Positions 36,130 through 51,103 of a stretch of DNA of 64,000 nucleotides are shown in pieces; positions within the stretch are counted from its first letter, which is position 1; every line of letters starts with the position of its first letter. Origin of the DNA: Octopus sinensis (Eukaryota); NCBI RefSeq assembly GCF_006345805.1, contig NC_043005.1, positions 43,648,001 through 43,712,000 on the forward strand. The letters are read 5' to 3'. The notes under the pieces were generated by a model, which saw nothing but the letters and a program-made list of their open reading frames with translations, did not search any database and was not told where the DNA came from. Both the position numbers and the translations under genes were made by a program.

Positions 36130-37166
36130 TGTATATGTACAAGAGTCAATATATTCGACTAAGCCCTCCAAGGCAATGCCTCAGCATGGTCGCAGCCCAA
36201 TGACCAAAACAATTAAAAAGAATAAAAATTAAAAGATAATGACTACTTAGAGTAGCTTGCAACACTTGTTAATATCTTGCTATGAATTTATAATTCACAT
36301 ATCCTGAAATAATAACCACCACCATCATCATCATCATCATCATCACCACCGTTTCTCACTGACCACAGGCTATGTCTTTAATGGGGTCTTAAAATATGAG
36401 AGGAGAATAAAGAACACAGTTCTAAACACTAGCCGTCTCAGTTCTAAACTGATCTGGTGCTGACTGTATAGTAAAAGACTCGGGAACACCTCATTATATG
36501 AACGTGCCCTAAAGAGCCAATTGGTTAATGACCATTCCAATTAATTAATGAGATTTCGTTAAGCATTTATTGCTGGTGCTATTGTTACTGGTGTTTCTGT
36601 TATTGTTGGTGATGATGATGATGATGATTGTGAGGGTGGGGGTGAGTAATGTTGGTGGTGGTGGTGACAGTGATAGTGGTGTTGGTGTTGCTGTTGGTGG
36701 TGGTGGTGCTGAAGACGATACTTATTGCTGCAGCTGCTGTTTAGATGCTGTTGCAAATTCCATCACCACCACCACTACCATTACCCCCCACCATCACCAC
36801 AAGCACCACCAACACCCCACCGCTGCCACCATTGGAATCACTAGCACCACCGCTTTTCCTGCTATTCCTGCTGCTGCTGCTGACGATGCTGATGATGCTG
36901 CCGATGCTGTTCTTGAAGTTATCACAACAGCCACAACCATTGTCACCACCACCACTATAACCGCCATATCCATTGCTGCTGTTCATGTTGTTGTTGCTGC
37001 TGCTGTTGCTACTGCTGCTGTTCTTGAAGTTATCGCCATCACTACAACGACAGCATGAACAATAACATGGGAATAATCAATGTTAATTAAGCTCGGTATT
37101 ATTCCATTGATTTCTGTTTTTCTCAATTTCCCTCTCCACAACATCAAACAATTTGTTTATTTTTAT

Positions 37167-37274
<108 letters not shown>

Positions 37275-37300
37275 ATCCATACATATATATATATATATAT

Positions 37301-37339
<39 letters not shown>

Positions 37340-37352
37340 ATCCATACATATA

Positions 37353-37398
<46 letters not shown>

Positions 37399-37722
37399 AT
37401 ATATATAAATACATGTATATATATGTGTATGTATGCATGTATATTATATATATATATAATATACATGCATACATACACATATATATACATGTATTTATAT
37501 ATATATATATATGTATGGATATATGATGTATAGGTTGTTGTTGTTTTATAATTTTTGTTTTGTTTTTGGCTTTTTTTTTATATCTGTTTCGTTTCATTTT
37601 CTTTGTCATTCCTCTTTTGCCTCCCACCTTCTCCTGGCGTTTCCTTCCTCACAGACAAGTTGCCTTCATCATGCCAAAGAAGCTTACCTTTGCAGCACGG
37701 ACACAGACATAAATGGATGTCG

Positions 37723-37760
<38 letters not shown>

Positions 37761-37764
37761 ACAA

Positions 37765-37800
<36 letters not shown>

Positions 37801-39844
37801 CACACACACACACACACACACACACATGCATGAATATGTATATTCACTATCTCAGAGTTGAAGAAAGGCAATTTTTGATGGCATTGCACTTTTTGAAAAC
37901 TAACCCATAGACATAGAATTGTCTAGGCTATTTCTGCAAGCATATACTGTAAAAGCAATGCTTACTAATGTGTCTTATGCCTTCCGTCTTTTACCTTTTA
38001 CTTATTTCAGTAATTAGACTGTGGCCATGCTGGGGCACCACTTTGAAGAATCTTTAGTCAAATGAATTAACCCCTGCATTTATTTTATTTTATTTTATTT
38101 TTTTATTTATTTATGTGCCCTTTTCAAGCCTAGCTAGGCTCATGGGCCCGGTTTCCTGGTTTCTGTGGCATATGTGTTCCCCCCAGCTGGACGGGACACC
38201 AGTCCATCGCAGCATTACTCAAGAAGCAGGCAGAAAGAGTGAGAGAAAGTTGGGGTGAAAGAGTACAACAGGGGTCGCCACTATCCCCTGCCAGAGCCTC
38301 GTGGGGCTTTAGGTGTTTACGCTCAATAAACACACACAACGCCCGGTCTGGGAATCAAAACCACGATCCTCCGACTGCAAGTCCGCTGCCCGAAACACTG
38401 CACTAACCACTGGGCCATTTTATTTTTTAAACCTGGTACTTACTCTATCACACTCTTTTGCTGAACCACTAAGTCATGGTTGTCAATCAGTGTTGGGAGA
38501 CAAACACACACACATACACACGTTTAAAAACATAATAAATGCACAAATGAATGAAAAACAAACTCAGAATGGCAAGTTGAAAAACAAATAGTAAATGCAC
38601 AGATTAACGCAGAACAGACACAGAAGGTCACCAACTCCACATCAGTTATTGACCAAGGAATCAAACATGATTTCACACCTTTAACGATAATATTGTTTCC
38701 CTTCTAAGGCGGCGAGCTGGCAGAAACGTTAGCACACCAGTCTTAGCAGTATTTCGTCTGACTTTACGTTCTGAGTTCAAATTCCACCGAAGTCTACTTT
38801 GCCTTTCATTCTTTCGGAGTTGATATATTGAGTAACAGTTGCGTACTGGGGTCGATCTAATTGATTGGCCCCCCTCCCTAAAAATTTTGGGCCTTGTGCC
38901 TAGAGCAGAAAAGATATTTTGTTTGCCTTCTGGTAACAACTGGCAAAATGCTGCCAGGAAGTGGGACCAAAACAAAATGAGAACAGACAAACAATAAATG
39001 GATAAACAAACAATACAGAAGTGGACACATGTAAATGAATAAATGTAATCCAAGACACGTATATATATTTATATATATACCACAATATAGAGAGCTAAAA
39101 TGCTGCGTTAGTCATCCACTTCAAAGGGAAGACTGGAATAAATCAAGGATTATATTTTCACCTACACTCTTTAACATCTTTCTTTCAGTTATACTGAGAT
39201 CAAATCTAGATCAGTAAATGAACTTGAATGAGCAAAAGAAGCAACTGTTAGGGTAATTCCAATGGAAGAACTACAGGCAATAACTGACATCTTCTGCATG
39301 TGAGAGCTGCGAAGCACAGCACAGAAGCATCTCTATGGTTGAGAAGCTTGCTTCCTACCCATATAGTTCAATCCCACAGCATGGTGCCTTGGGTTCGTGT
39401 CCAAGGTTCAATCCCACAGCGTGATACTTTGGACATGTGTCCAATGTACCATACTGTGGGGCCAACCAAAATCTTGAGCACCTCGGTCTGAGCTAAATCT
39501 TGAGAGTCGATTTAGTAGATGGAAACTAAATAAATACCAGTTGAGCACTGGTGTTGATGTTTTCAACTAGCTCCCTCTTGCAAAATTTCAGATCTTGTTC
39601 CAACAGCAGAAAAGATTATTATGCAGGAAGAATCATTGAGCACATCAGACAAAATGCTTAGCAATATTTTTTCCTGCTCTTCGCTTCAAGTTCAAATTCT
39701 ACTGAAGTAGACTTTGCTGTTCATCCTTTCTGGGTTGAAAACATAAGATACTAGTTGATTACAAGCTTGTAATCAACTTGCTCCCAGCCCCAAATTCCAG
39801 GCCTCATATCTAAATAATTATAATTATTACTATTATTACTATTA

Positions 39845-40105
39845 CCATCATCATCATCATTATTTTATTTATCTCACATTTGGTTAAAATGTCATCATTA
39901 TTATTTTATTTACCTCTCCTTTGATTAAAAATTGCAATTATCATCATCATCGTCATCATTATTTTATTTACCTCACCTTTGGTTAAAAATTGCTATTATC
40001 ATCATCATCATCATCATTATTTTATTTACCTCACCTTTGGTTAAAAATTGCTATTATCATCATCATTGTCATCATTATTTTATTTACCTTACCTTTGGTT
40101 AAAAT
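39845..40105. repeat. ~55-bp minisatellite x5
   Basis: (ATC)nATTATTTTATTTACCTCACCTTTGGTTAAAAATTGCTATT units. Confidence 0.85.
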
Positions 40106-41302
40106 GACTTCACATATCCAAGCACTTACATAATTTATCTCATAGCTTGCTTATTGTGTTAAAAGTTAATTTTAGGGATTTGTTGTATCATATTGTCTGC
40201 CCCACCATTTTTTAGTCTATTGAAACATCAAAAAAAAAAAAGTCTCGATGCAGTCACTCCCCACACGACACTAGAAACGGTAGCCAAATCTTGCTCAAAT
40301 CACATTATGTCATTTTAAATGTGGAAGACATTAAAAGGTGTATGCCTGAAAAATGTCAGGGTGGTCATGAATGGAATATCTTTGATCATGATTCTACTTA
40401 ATCAAGTCTGATCTCTGACTAAACAACAGCAAGCACTAATGATTGGATTCTCTGCATGGACACACTACATGTTGGAAATAACAGCGAAATCTCATTCAGG
40501 TCAAACCAAACTGCCTTTTAAAATATGGAAGGTCATATTGCATAATGCAATGTGACTTTCCATTTTTCTGTAAAACAGAACCAGTGAGACAGTCGGCCAC
40601 ATTATGAAAAAGCCTTTTGATCTTCATAAGTCAGAACTGATCTAAATCTAAACAACAGCAACAACAACAACAACAACGAGTCCTAAAGTGTCAGTTGAAT
40701 TGTATTCATGTCTAGCATGAAAGACATAAATGAACAGTGGTGTGTTGGTACTGAAGAACTCAGTTAGTTGGTCCTACTGTCTTGCAGATATACAATGGAT
40801 TACATGGAACCATTGTTCTGTTAGTTGTACTGTTAACATTTATTGATAACGTTATATATGGTTCATGACTTTTCTGCTTATGTAGGATTTCAAATATTGA
40901 TTATATCAATGTGCTTTATGAAACGCACAGAAATATTAAGAGAGAGAGAGAGAGAGATAGAACTGTGACGTGGAGACCCTGTGGGTAGGCTGGATCAATG
41001 TCGTGTTGTTTATAGACAGAAAGGGAAAGAGAGAAAGGAAGAAACATTGAGTAGAAGACAAAGAGTCTGTGAGAAAGAGAGAGAAAGAGAGAGTATAAGT
41101 AATGTGTGTGTATAAATGCTGGCCTGTTTCTGGATGTGTGTGTGTATGTGTATGTACGTGGACTTGTGTAAAAAAACATGAATTGTTAATGTTTCTAAAC
41201 ATTTTCATGCGTGTGGGTGTGTGTGTGTGTGTATGTGTGTATGAGCAAACATTTGATTACATAAGTAAGCAAACAGTGTGTATGAATGTATGTAATTGCA
41301 TA

Positions 41303-41344
<42 letters not shown>

Positions 41345-41372
41345 TATACATATATATACATATATATATATG

Positions 41373-41406
<34 letters not shown>

Positions 41407-42011
41407 AGTCTATATATATGCATATATAAGTTTATGCATATGTTTCTATATATGTATGTGTGTGTGTGTGTATGCGAGAGAGACAGCGATCATACAACTG
41501 AAGGGGGTTAAACTTTCCTGTATGAATGAATACTCGGTGTTTTTCTTTCGTGGACATGTATGCTCATACCAACATGTGCAATAGGCATCTGTCTTTGTAT
41601 AACAAACGTATACATGCAAGCATGCATGTAAGTGTGAGTGCGTGTGTTTGTGTGGGTGTGTGTACGTAAGTCAGGGTACATAAAACTTCAATGTCTCTAT
41701 CAATTTTAGACATTATTCATTGTTTGTGGTTCGATATTCCTGTATTTGATATTCCTGTATGAAGACATTATTACATGAAACTGCAGATATGAAAGACAAT
41801 TTTTTGATTAAGTGAGCCCAAATACTAGATTTGAGTATTCTTTCATTAATTTAACAATTTCAGTCATTGGATTGCGGCCATGCTGGGGTACCACTGTATA
41901 ATCCATGTCGACCCCAGCCCAAGCATTTATTATAACCTGGTGTTTATCTCATTATGTTATGAATATTGAGTGGCTAATAAAGAGACTTTTTGGACATAAT
42001 GCTGCTTTTAA

Positions 42012-42231
42012 CCCTTTCGATACTGTATTTATTTTGAGATGCTCTGTGTTTCTTTCAATTACTTCAAATATAACAAAGAATTTAGTAAAATAACTTAGTT
42101 ATCATTAAGCTAGTGTTAGGAACATAAAGTGTGACTAAGGTTAGGTGGAAGATTTTAATTCAAAACTCATGAAAACAAGATATTTGTACTCAGAGCCAGA
42201 GCTGGTTTCAGCCAGGTTCGTAACAAAAGGG
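42012..42231. mobile_element. piggyBac-type non-autonomous element
   Basis: TTAA|CCCTTTCGATAC...GTAACAAAAGGG|TTAA. Confidence 0.8.
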
Positions 42232-43413
42232 TTAAATGTTGTATCAAACACATAAACACACATACAAGTATATATTTACACAAGCATATACATATTTATA
42301 CATCACACTTAGGTGTGTGGTGTGTGGATGTGTGTGTGAGGGGATATGGTGTGTGTGTTGTAGTTTACTTGTAGCATTATCTAGAAAATAGATATGTTAC
42401 AAATGAATTCAATGCAGATAGAATGTTAGATATATAAAATAACAGTAATAACAAAGGTATTGAAACGTTACCTTTGATATATTTAATTAGTGCTGATGTT
42501 TCGAGTTAGAACTCCTTTTCAAGAGTTTTAAACAAGGAAGAGGAAAATTGTTGGATCCTTGTGTGTGATAATGGAATTACTATGCGTTTAAATGTGTCGA
42601 TTTTGTGTAGCTGCACATTTTTATGCCTTTAAACATGTGTAATTCCATTATCACACACAAGGATTCGACTTTCCAGTGACTTTTGCACATGATTTATATA
42701 TATATCTCATTCTTTAAAACCTTTGGAAAGCATTTCTAACTCAAAATATCAACACTAATTGAATATTTCAAAGGTAACATTTCAATATTTTTGTTTTTTT
42801 TGTTATTCTTTTTACTTGTTTCAGTCATTTGACTGCAGCCATGCTGGAGCACCATCTTTAGTTGAACAAATCGACCCCAGGACTTTTGCTCAACTGCTAG
42901 ATTACAGCGATGCAAATACATCCACATCGGTTGACAAGCAATGGTGGGAGGACAATCACAGACACACATGCACACACACACACACATACACACACAAATA
43001 TAAACATATATACAATCCAGTCGTCCTTTCACACGGAATTTCATCTTTTTCTAAGCCATGACACTGAAGCGACTTTATATATAACGGAACTGTGATTATA
43101 TATATCAGAAAAAATATACAAGTCAAAACAATTAAATGGTTTTTACAATTATTTATGTTATATAATACTGTGTTATATTATATTCATAGTATTTAAAGTA
43201 ATATTGTAATATAAATAAATTATTGGATTGTCAATAGTATATCTCTATATTTAATTTATCTTTATATGTGTGTATATATATATATACATACACAACGGGT
43301 TTCTTCCAGTTGCTATCTACCAAATCCACTCATAAGGTGCCATGAAGTGGGATTGAACCTGGAACCATGTGGATGGGGAACAAGCTTTTTACCATACAAT
43401 CACATCTATATAT

Positions 43414-43457
<44 letters not shown>

Positions 43458-46084
43458 TCATATATATATATATATATATATAATATTCTATTTACAGTGC
43501 TAAGTCTTTCTACAATGCATCCTCAATGTATCATGCAAACTACAACACTTGTAGGTGTGTATATGTTATTAGCACATTGATTTTTCTACACACACACACG
43601 TCTGCATAGATATATATTTGTGAGTACAGTATGCATCTATTTTACCTCCCTTGAGTTTTCAGGGCTTTATTTTTTTACAGTGCATGTGCAGAAGGTGACT
43701 GTCACTTTTGCCATGCACACTATCTTTTCTTAACCCATATTGTGATTAGAAGTACACATTTAAAGAATTCTTGTTTGAAGCATTTCATTTCCCATTTTAA
43801 AAATCAGTATAATTACAAATGTAGTTCGCCCCTTCTTCAATTCAAAATGTGTCTTTTTTAACATCCTTTTATTATTATAATTTTTCTTCCTCAGTCATCT
43901 CTTTTCAAATATCTGACAATTTCAATATTTTTTATCCTTTTCATCACCCAGTTTCCCCATCACCATTTCTGTTTTCATGCTTCAGTTATTGAAGTATTGT
44001 GAATAATTATCAAACAATATTATTTTATTCCATTTCAGTGTTTGTTGTCTTTTGCTATTAAATTATTACTAGATTATCTTTTTCGGTGCATATTTCATTA
44101 TACATAGAGGAATTAGGCTTCTCAAAGCCAGAAAGGAGAAAGCTGATTTGAAGCCTATAGTTCCAAGCCATCACTGGAACTGTAAAACTCTATAAAACTT
44201 TCCAGAAGTTTATCATTCAAGTATATATGAGCATGTCTAGACATGCAACTATATGCGTGAGAATATATATACAAAACAAGACATACAAATCTGCATGTAT
44301 ACATTCATCCATCCATACATACATACAAAAATAGCCTGTTGATGTTTCTAACAATTCAGTGAAGGATCCTTGGATCTAGGTTAGGAACTGGCTTCTCTGT
44401 TGGCAAGAATCTTGAAATAAAATAAAACTGAAAAATCACAGACACACACAAATACATGTGTGTGTTGTTCTAATGTTGCCTCATAGCTGTAAGGCCTTTA
44501 TTTTATATGTATATTTATATTTATACTAACTGCCTGTATCCAACTTATTTTTATCAGCATCTTTTACACTCTCTCGTTTATTCCTGTTGCTGTTTACGCC
44601 ACCAAAATAAACAATATTATCATTAAAGGCATGAAATTGTTATAATTAAAGAACATGTCCATGTTGGTGTGTGAATTTTCCATGTGTTCCTTTGTCATCC
44701 TTAAGTGCAATTTTTAAATCTTATTTTATGTATGCGTGCACGTGTGTGTTTGTGTGTGTGTGTGTGTTTGTGTATGTGTGTTATGCTGAACAATTAACAC
44801 TCTTGCTTTCTGCATTCTGTGTTCTTATTTCTTATTTCTTTACTACACACAAGGGGCTACACACAGAGGGGACATACAAGGACAAACAAACAGATTAAGC
44901 CAATAACATCGACCCCAGTGCATAACTGGTACTTATTTAATCGACCCCGAAAGGATGAAAGGCAAAGTCAACTTCGGAGGAATTTGAACTCAGAATGTAG
45001 TGGCAGACGAAATACCGCTAAGCATTTCGCCCGGCGTGCTAACGTTTCTGCCAGCTTGCCGCCTGTGTTCTGTATATTTGTTGGCCATTTCCAGTATACA
45101 CCTCCTATTCTACTTCACATTCTATACTTCAGTATATTTCATCACCAAAATATTGCATAAATTTTAATTATTGCAAATTCTCTTCCTGCATTGGTTACTC
45201 AATATGCTAGAAATAGTCATTACATTCCTATCAAATCAAAATACTATCCAACTCTGTGCATTGTAAATGCACAGGAAGATGACTCAGTTGTCATGCTACA
45301 AGCTAGAAACAGCAGTCACTTCATCTAAAAATCCACACGTAAAACCTAAAATAAGATTACCAATGGTTTTCTTAAACTGAAGTTATCTCAAGCATTCCGT
45401 TCCTCCCCTCCCCTCCACCCCTTGGTCAGTACTGAAAGAAGAAATACATTCTTCTGTGAATAATAAAAAAATAAAGCAAAAACTCCTGTGAAAATCAAAT
45501 AATCATAAAACATTTCGTTTCACTCGGCCGTTACTATAACAACAATAATTTATTTGTTAATGAAATATTTTTATTTAGAAAATGTACTTTTTGTCTTCAT
45601 TCTTCCCAACACAGATACGTCGTCACAGACATCTTCTTTTCATCATCCTCATCATCATCATCATCATCAACAAGAACAACAACAACAGCAACAGCAACAC
45701 ATGGCAGCAATATCACGTCTTCACACTGCACCATGGCATCAATTCATTATTTTGATAAGAGTACACACACACTTGTCCATAACTCATTTGTCGATAAATT
45801 ACATAGATTGCATCGGAATACTTATAACATTTTGAACCAATATTGAAATACTCTACATCAAATTTCATACTTAAAAGTGTCTCTGCATTCACTTGTGCTA
45901 CGAAGTACCAAACGCACATATATGGGTTCAGTTGTAATAACAGGAACCAAAACCAGGAGAAGGTTAAGACAGCTAATAAAAGCAATTGAAAATGGTAAAT
46001 GAAATTGATACAGGTGTAACTATTATCTTAACCATTTGCCAAACAAGTCCATGAATCCTTTCTATATATATATATGCATATATA

Positions 46085-46480
46085 TCTTTATATATAAAAT
46101 TGAAGTTGTGTGTCTGTCTCCTACGATTTAGATTCCTAACTACTCCCACATTTTGCGGTGCAGTGTAACAAAAAGCGGGTATCTTATAGTCGTGATTCAT
46201 ATCGAGCCCTTCTGGGTATTAGCACATGTCTACGATGAGTCTACGATTTAAAAAAAAAATTACCATCATTTTTCCCCATTTTTTAATGCATTTTTTTGCT
46301 ATTACATAAGGGAAGTAACTCTCTAAAAATGTATTATTAAATCTCAGAACGTAAAAAGCTACAGTAACACCCCACTCTGTGGTTAGCCTTATTGAGATGG
46401 CTATTATACTTTACATCTCTAAAAATGCTTATATAGTTATTTCCCTTACAAACTCGAGCAACACCGGGCAATACTGCTAG
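46085..46480 (+). mobile_element. Non-autonomous Helitron, copy 2
   Basis: A|TC...CTAG|T with the same termini and hairpin as 30-530. Interior differs. Confidence 0.9.
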
Positions 46481-46856
46481 TATATATATATATGACAACT
46501 TAGTTTTTCACCACATTTCTTAAAAATTGTGAGAGAGGCCTTGGTCTCGGGACCACTTATGTCTAGAAAACTGGGGTTGGGGGTAAGCAAGAGTATCCTC
46601 CCTGTAGAAAATCCAACTACAAAATAGCCTTGTGATAGCAAAGGCGAATGGGCACTAGCCAGCCCAAAGGTTGCGGTGGGCTGCATCTGCCTACCTTGGT
46701 TGCTATACCATTGAGGTAGACTTAAAAGGTCACAAAAGCACTGGCTTTTGAGTTATTTTAACTCCTATTTTTAGCAAAAGCAGTGCTAGCCAGTACCCTC
46801 TGTCACTTTTGTGACCTCTATTAATATATATTTATGTGTGTGTGTGTGTTTGTGTG

Positions 46857-46891
<35 letters not shown>

Positions 46892-46956
46892 GTATATATG
46901 AATGTATGTATGTATGTATATATGAATGTATGTATGTATATATAAATATATATATG

Positions 46957-47001
<45 letters not shown>

Positions 47002-47309
47002 ATGTATGTGGAGGCACATGGCCTAGTGGTTAGAGCAGTGGACTCACGGTCGAGGGACCAGGCGATGTGTGTGTTTATGAGTGAAACACCTAAGCCCCAC
47101 GTGGCTCTGGCAGAAGGTAATGACGAACTTCTGCTGACTCTTTCGCCACAACTTTCTCTCTCTCTTTCCTCCTGCATCTTGCAGCTCACCTGCAGCAAAT
47201 GGCGTCCTGTCCAGGTGGGGAACCTATAAACCAAGGAAACCAAGAAACTAGCCCTTATGAGCCAGGCATGGCTCGAGAAGGAACAAACAACAACAATGTA
47301 TATGCATAA

Positions 47310-47705
47310 ACTTAGAAACATCAGTAATGAAATTAGAGAAACTACTGGAATTCAACAATGGAATAACAGCTTCAGAACATTAAGAATAATAATAAGGCTA
47401 AATTTATCCAGTTTGATATTATAGACTTTTATCCCTCTATATCTAGATTACTGCTTAAAAAAGCTATTGAATTTGCTAAACCATACATTGATATTGATCT
47501 TATGGGCCTAGATATTATTAGGCATATGAGGAAAACACTACTATTCAGTAAAGGGTTAGCATGGGTAAAAAAAAGTCACATAATGACAAACTATTTGATG
47601 TATCTATGGGCTTATATGATAGTGCTGACGCCTGTGATCTTGTGGGTCTACTTATATTAAATACATTGAGATATAAGTACCCATCTCATGACTTTTGTCT
47701 ATACT
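47310..47705 (+). pseudogene. Naiad-type PLE reverse transcriptase fragment
   Basis: KFIQFDIIDFYPSIS..LL.KAIEFAK...RKTLLFSKG.AWVKK...FDVSMG.YDSADACDLVGLLIL. Confidence 0.85.
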
Positions 47706-48344
47706 CAATCTAGACAGATGCCGGAACACCGACAAAAGCCATAACAGTCACAATTGAGGCCAATGAAAGAAATTTGAGTAATTTTATAGAATTAAGGAAG
47801 CTATACTCATACACAGACTAGGGCCCCAAATTAACAACAGGCTGGAGGCAGGTAATCAATATATTATTTAGATACATCTGGATGCATGTAGGTTCATTTT
47901 TGATAACATGCTAATCTGTAGTTTTTAACAAAAAAAAAAAAAAGAAGAGAAGAGAAAAAAAGAAGGGAGAAAAGGAAGCTGCATGTATAATACATAACTT
48001 AGAAGCAGCACTATGGATGTGACAGCACACACGAGATTGAGACATGGCCAACCTCACACACTTATCATTAGGAATTCCAGAAGAAGCATCGTGAGACCAC
48101 TGCTGAAACGCTTCCAAAATATAAAAAAGAAAAGCCATTAGAAAACCAATTATAGCAGCGACTCCATCTAAGAATATCTGAAGAAGGAATATTATTCCGA
48201 AATATCATATCAGACTATGGATGACTAAATTACAACAGGTATATAGCCCATTGTCTGTACTGTAGTGCATTGTTGTACCATTCAAAACTTTTTATTCTTT
48301 ACGAAAAAATATTGTTTATAGTTTTTTTTATTTGCATGTAATAA

Positions 48345-48715
48345 TGTTCGTCCTTCGGGTTCGAAGATGACCATTGACATCATTTGGTGGAATTGCTGCT
48401 ATGAGACCGGAGGTGGCTGGTGAGGCCAATCCAGGCAAGGAAGCCCCTCTCACAGGTGGGGCAGAACTGGGTAGGGGCTGTGCTATTGGTGCAGGTGGCT
48501 CTGGCTTTCCGCATCTGGCGTTTCTGTTCTGCTGACTGAATCCGTCTCTCCTTGGCTGTCTTTGCTCCTGTGGTTTATCTGGCGCTCGTGCCTTCCGTAA
48601 GCAGTCCACGTCTCGCAGCCGTATAGTAGGGTGGTAAGCACGACTGCCCAGTAGACTTTCAGCTTGGTGTTGAGGCTGATTCCTCTCCGCTCCCAGACTT
48701 TCTTTCGCAGTCAGG
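48345..48715 (-). pseudogene. RTE (BovB-like) LINE 3' end with internal deletion
   Basis: LRKKVWERRGISLNTKLKVYWAVVLTTLLYGCETWT ... CPTCERGFLAWIGLTSHLRSH. Confidence 0.8.
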
Positions 48716-50846
48716 GTAAGTTTATAAGGCTGTAGTAGTCAGCAGTTTTGTAGTTCAAATAGAAAAACAGGGATGAATGCTCACACACTCTTATATGTAT
48801 GTCTGTTAAGAAAAGCCACTTGTTAGAAATTGAAGCCATACAGTGTATGTGGAAGCAGAGAGAAACTGACCACTGATTTCTCTTAGAGTTCCTATTTATA
48901 ACTTTGGGAAAAACTGAATGTGTGTTCGAGAACAAAGCAATATAATATGTCTTATCTATCATAATCTCCAAATGACCATAGAATTCTAACTCAAACAAAG
49001 GAACCAAGATAAGTTTGACAGATGACCTCATAAATTTCTGAGTACTAACATCGAGAAACAAAGAAAAAGATCTCATAAGAGAATCTAGGTTAAGGTTTCG
49101 ATTCTTGGCTATGATTCCATGAAACGATCTCTTACACATTGCTATGTTCAGCAACAGTGCATACAAATGTTGGCATATTTTCATTCATTACATTATACAT
49201 ATTACATTGGAATGCTTTCAAGAATCCCAGCACATATTTTCAAAACTTCTCTTTCACAGGATTTAGCATACACTTCCTTACTAATGTCTGAACAAGGCCT
49301 ACAGGTGTAGTAGGATGAGAGAACAACTCAGGCTGCTGTTCACAGAACACAAAGACTGCTCAAAGGCAGAAAAACAAGAGCTTTCATGATGCAAATATCA
49401 ATGGCTGCTTCAGACGAAATCCACTCAGGCTCTGTCCAAATATCGAGACGATCAATGATTTTAGAGAAGATAGAATTCAAATAAACTGTATGACAAAAAT
49501 AAATTAGAAATGCTCTAATTGCGATGCATTTACTTAGTTAAAGGAAAGAAAGAAAGAAAGAAAGAAAGAACGAAAGAGCTACCACAGACAGTGTCAGATT
49601 TGAGATGTAATAACGGATAAGTGCATCCAACATCTATTCTTCGTTTACTTCCCAAGCATAAGGAACCCTATATTTCAACCAACTGCTGTTGTGTTGAATT
49701 CAGATCTAATATTTTAACTTTCACAGCAACAGATTCCACAGGCACTAAAAGGCAGAATTGCAATAGATGTATATGCACATGAAATACAATGATATATATA
49801 CATATGTATATACAAAGGAAACAGAACCAAGTCTTTGTTTGATGGTCTTCACATTTAATTCATCCCTCAATCAACAACCACTATTTGCTAAATATACATT
49901 TATGACAGCATATTAACTATTCGATCAATGAATTAGTAATACAAAACAGACTACACGTGGATGTCATGGGATCTCTTTATTTATATGTACATGTGATGTT
50001 TGCATGCATGTGCAACTGGCTGGAAGTGAGGGACATCCAAGCTGCTGTTACAGCATCCTTCTGGGAGCAAGATACTCTGATGCAAACCCTACAATTTCAC
50101 ATGGTTACTGGTCATCTTGTTCGGCCTCTCACTAGGTATTATTCACAAACTCAGACTGGTACTCTTATAGTATGAGCATTTATCACTACAGGTATTTCTT
50201 TATGATGATCTTATTTATCGTTTGTCATTCTATCTACTGAAACTCCTACAGTAATGAAAGAGTTGCAACATATGCAGACCTGACCAGTTGGAGGCACACA
50301 ATTACAAAGCAGAAGGACTGAACAGTCATCTGGGAGGTCACGGATAGAAAGTCAAAAATACCATTGACAATGAGGAAGCACACAGAGACAGCAATCGACT
50401 TTGAAGATGGAGCAATCATTATGTATGTACGTACATATGTATGTGTGGAGGTGCGTGGCTTAGTTGTTAGGGTGTCAGCATCATGATCGTAAGATTGTGG
50501 TTTTGATTCCTGGACTGGGCGACGCATTGTGTTCTTGAGCAAAACACTTCATTTCATGTTGCTCCAGTCCACTCAGCTGGCAAAAATGAGTAACACTGTG
50601 ATGGACTGGGGTCCTGTCCAGCTGGGGATGCATACGCCATTGAAACTGGGAAACTGGGCCCATGAGCCTGGCTAGGCTTTAAAAAGGGCGCATTTATTTT
50701 TATTTTTACATATGTATGTATATATGTATGTATGCATGTATGTATGCATGTATGTATTACATACGCACATACGTATGTATTATATTGGACTGCTACATAT
50801 AAATAGTCAATAGACAACATATTCTTATTTTAAAATAGTGTACATT

Positions 50847-51103
50847 TAAACACAAGAGAAAACTACCTTTTAACAGGTAATTTCTACATGCTAGAAGAAG
50901 CATCCAAAACGGCCAAAACCACAATTTAATAGCAATTTTCAAAGGAGATGAAAAATAAAAACATTTACCTTGTTATTTTTACGCGGTTATACCATGGTTT
51001 CAAATTTCTTTAGCAAATACTATTATCGTGGTTTTGCCCGTTTTGGCTGCTTGTTCTAGCATGTAAAAATTACCTGTTAAAGGGTAGTTTTCTCTTGTGT
51101 TTA
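50847..51103. mobile_element. MITE with ~80-bp imperfect TIRs, TA-flanked
   Basis: TAAACACAAGAGAAAACTACC.TTTAACAGGTAATTT.TACATGCTAGAA... is inverted at ~51025-51103. Confidence 0.75.

Noticed and set aside
47900-49500. 157-aa ORF 48711-49184 and flanks as a gene or L1-type ORF2
   Set aside because: No motif was recognised with confidence. Probably an old decayed element.
50251-50421. Exon-like segment (CAG...GTATGT)
   Set aside because: There are stops in all three frames, so it cannot be supported as coding.
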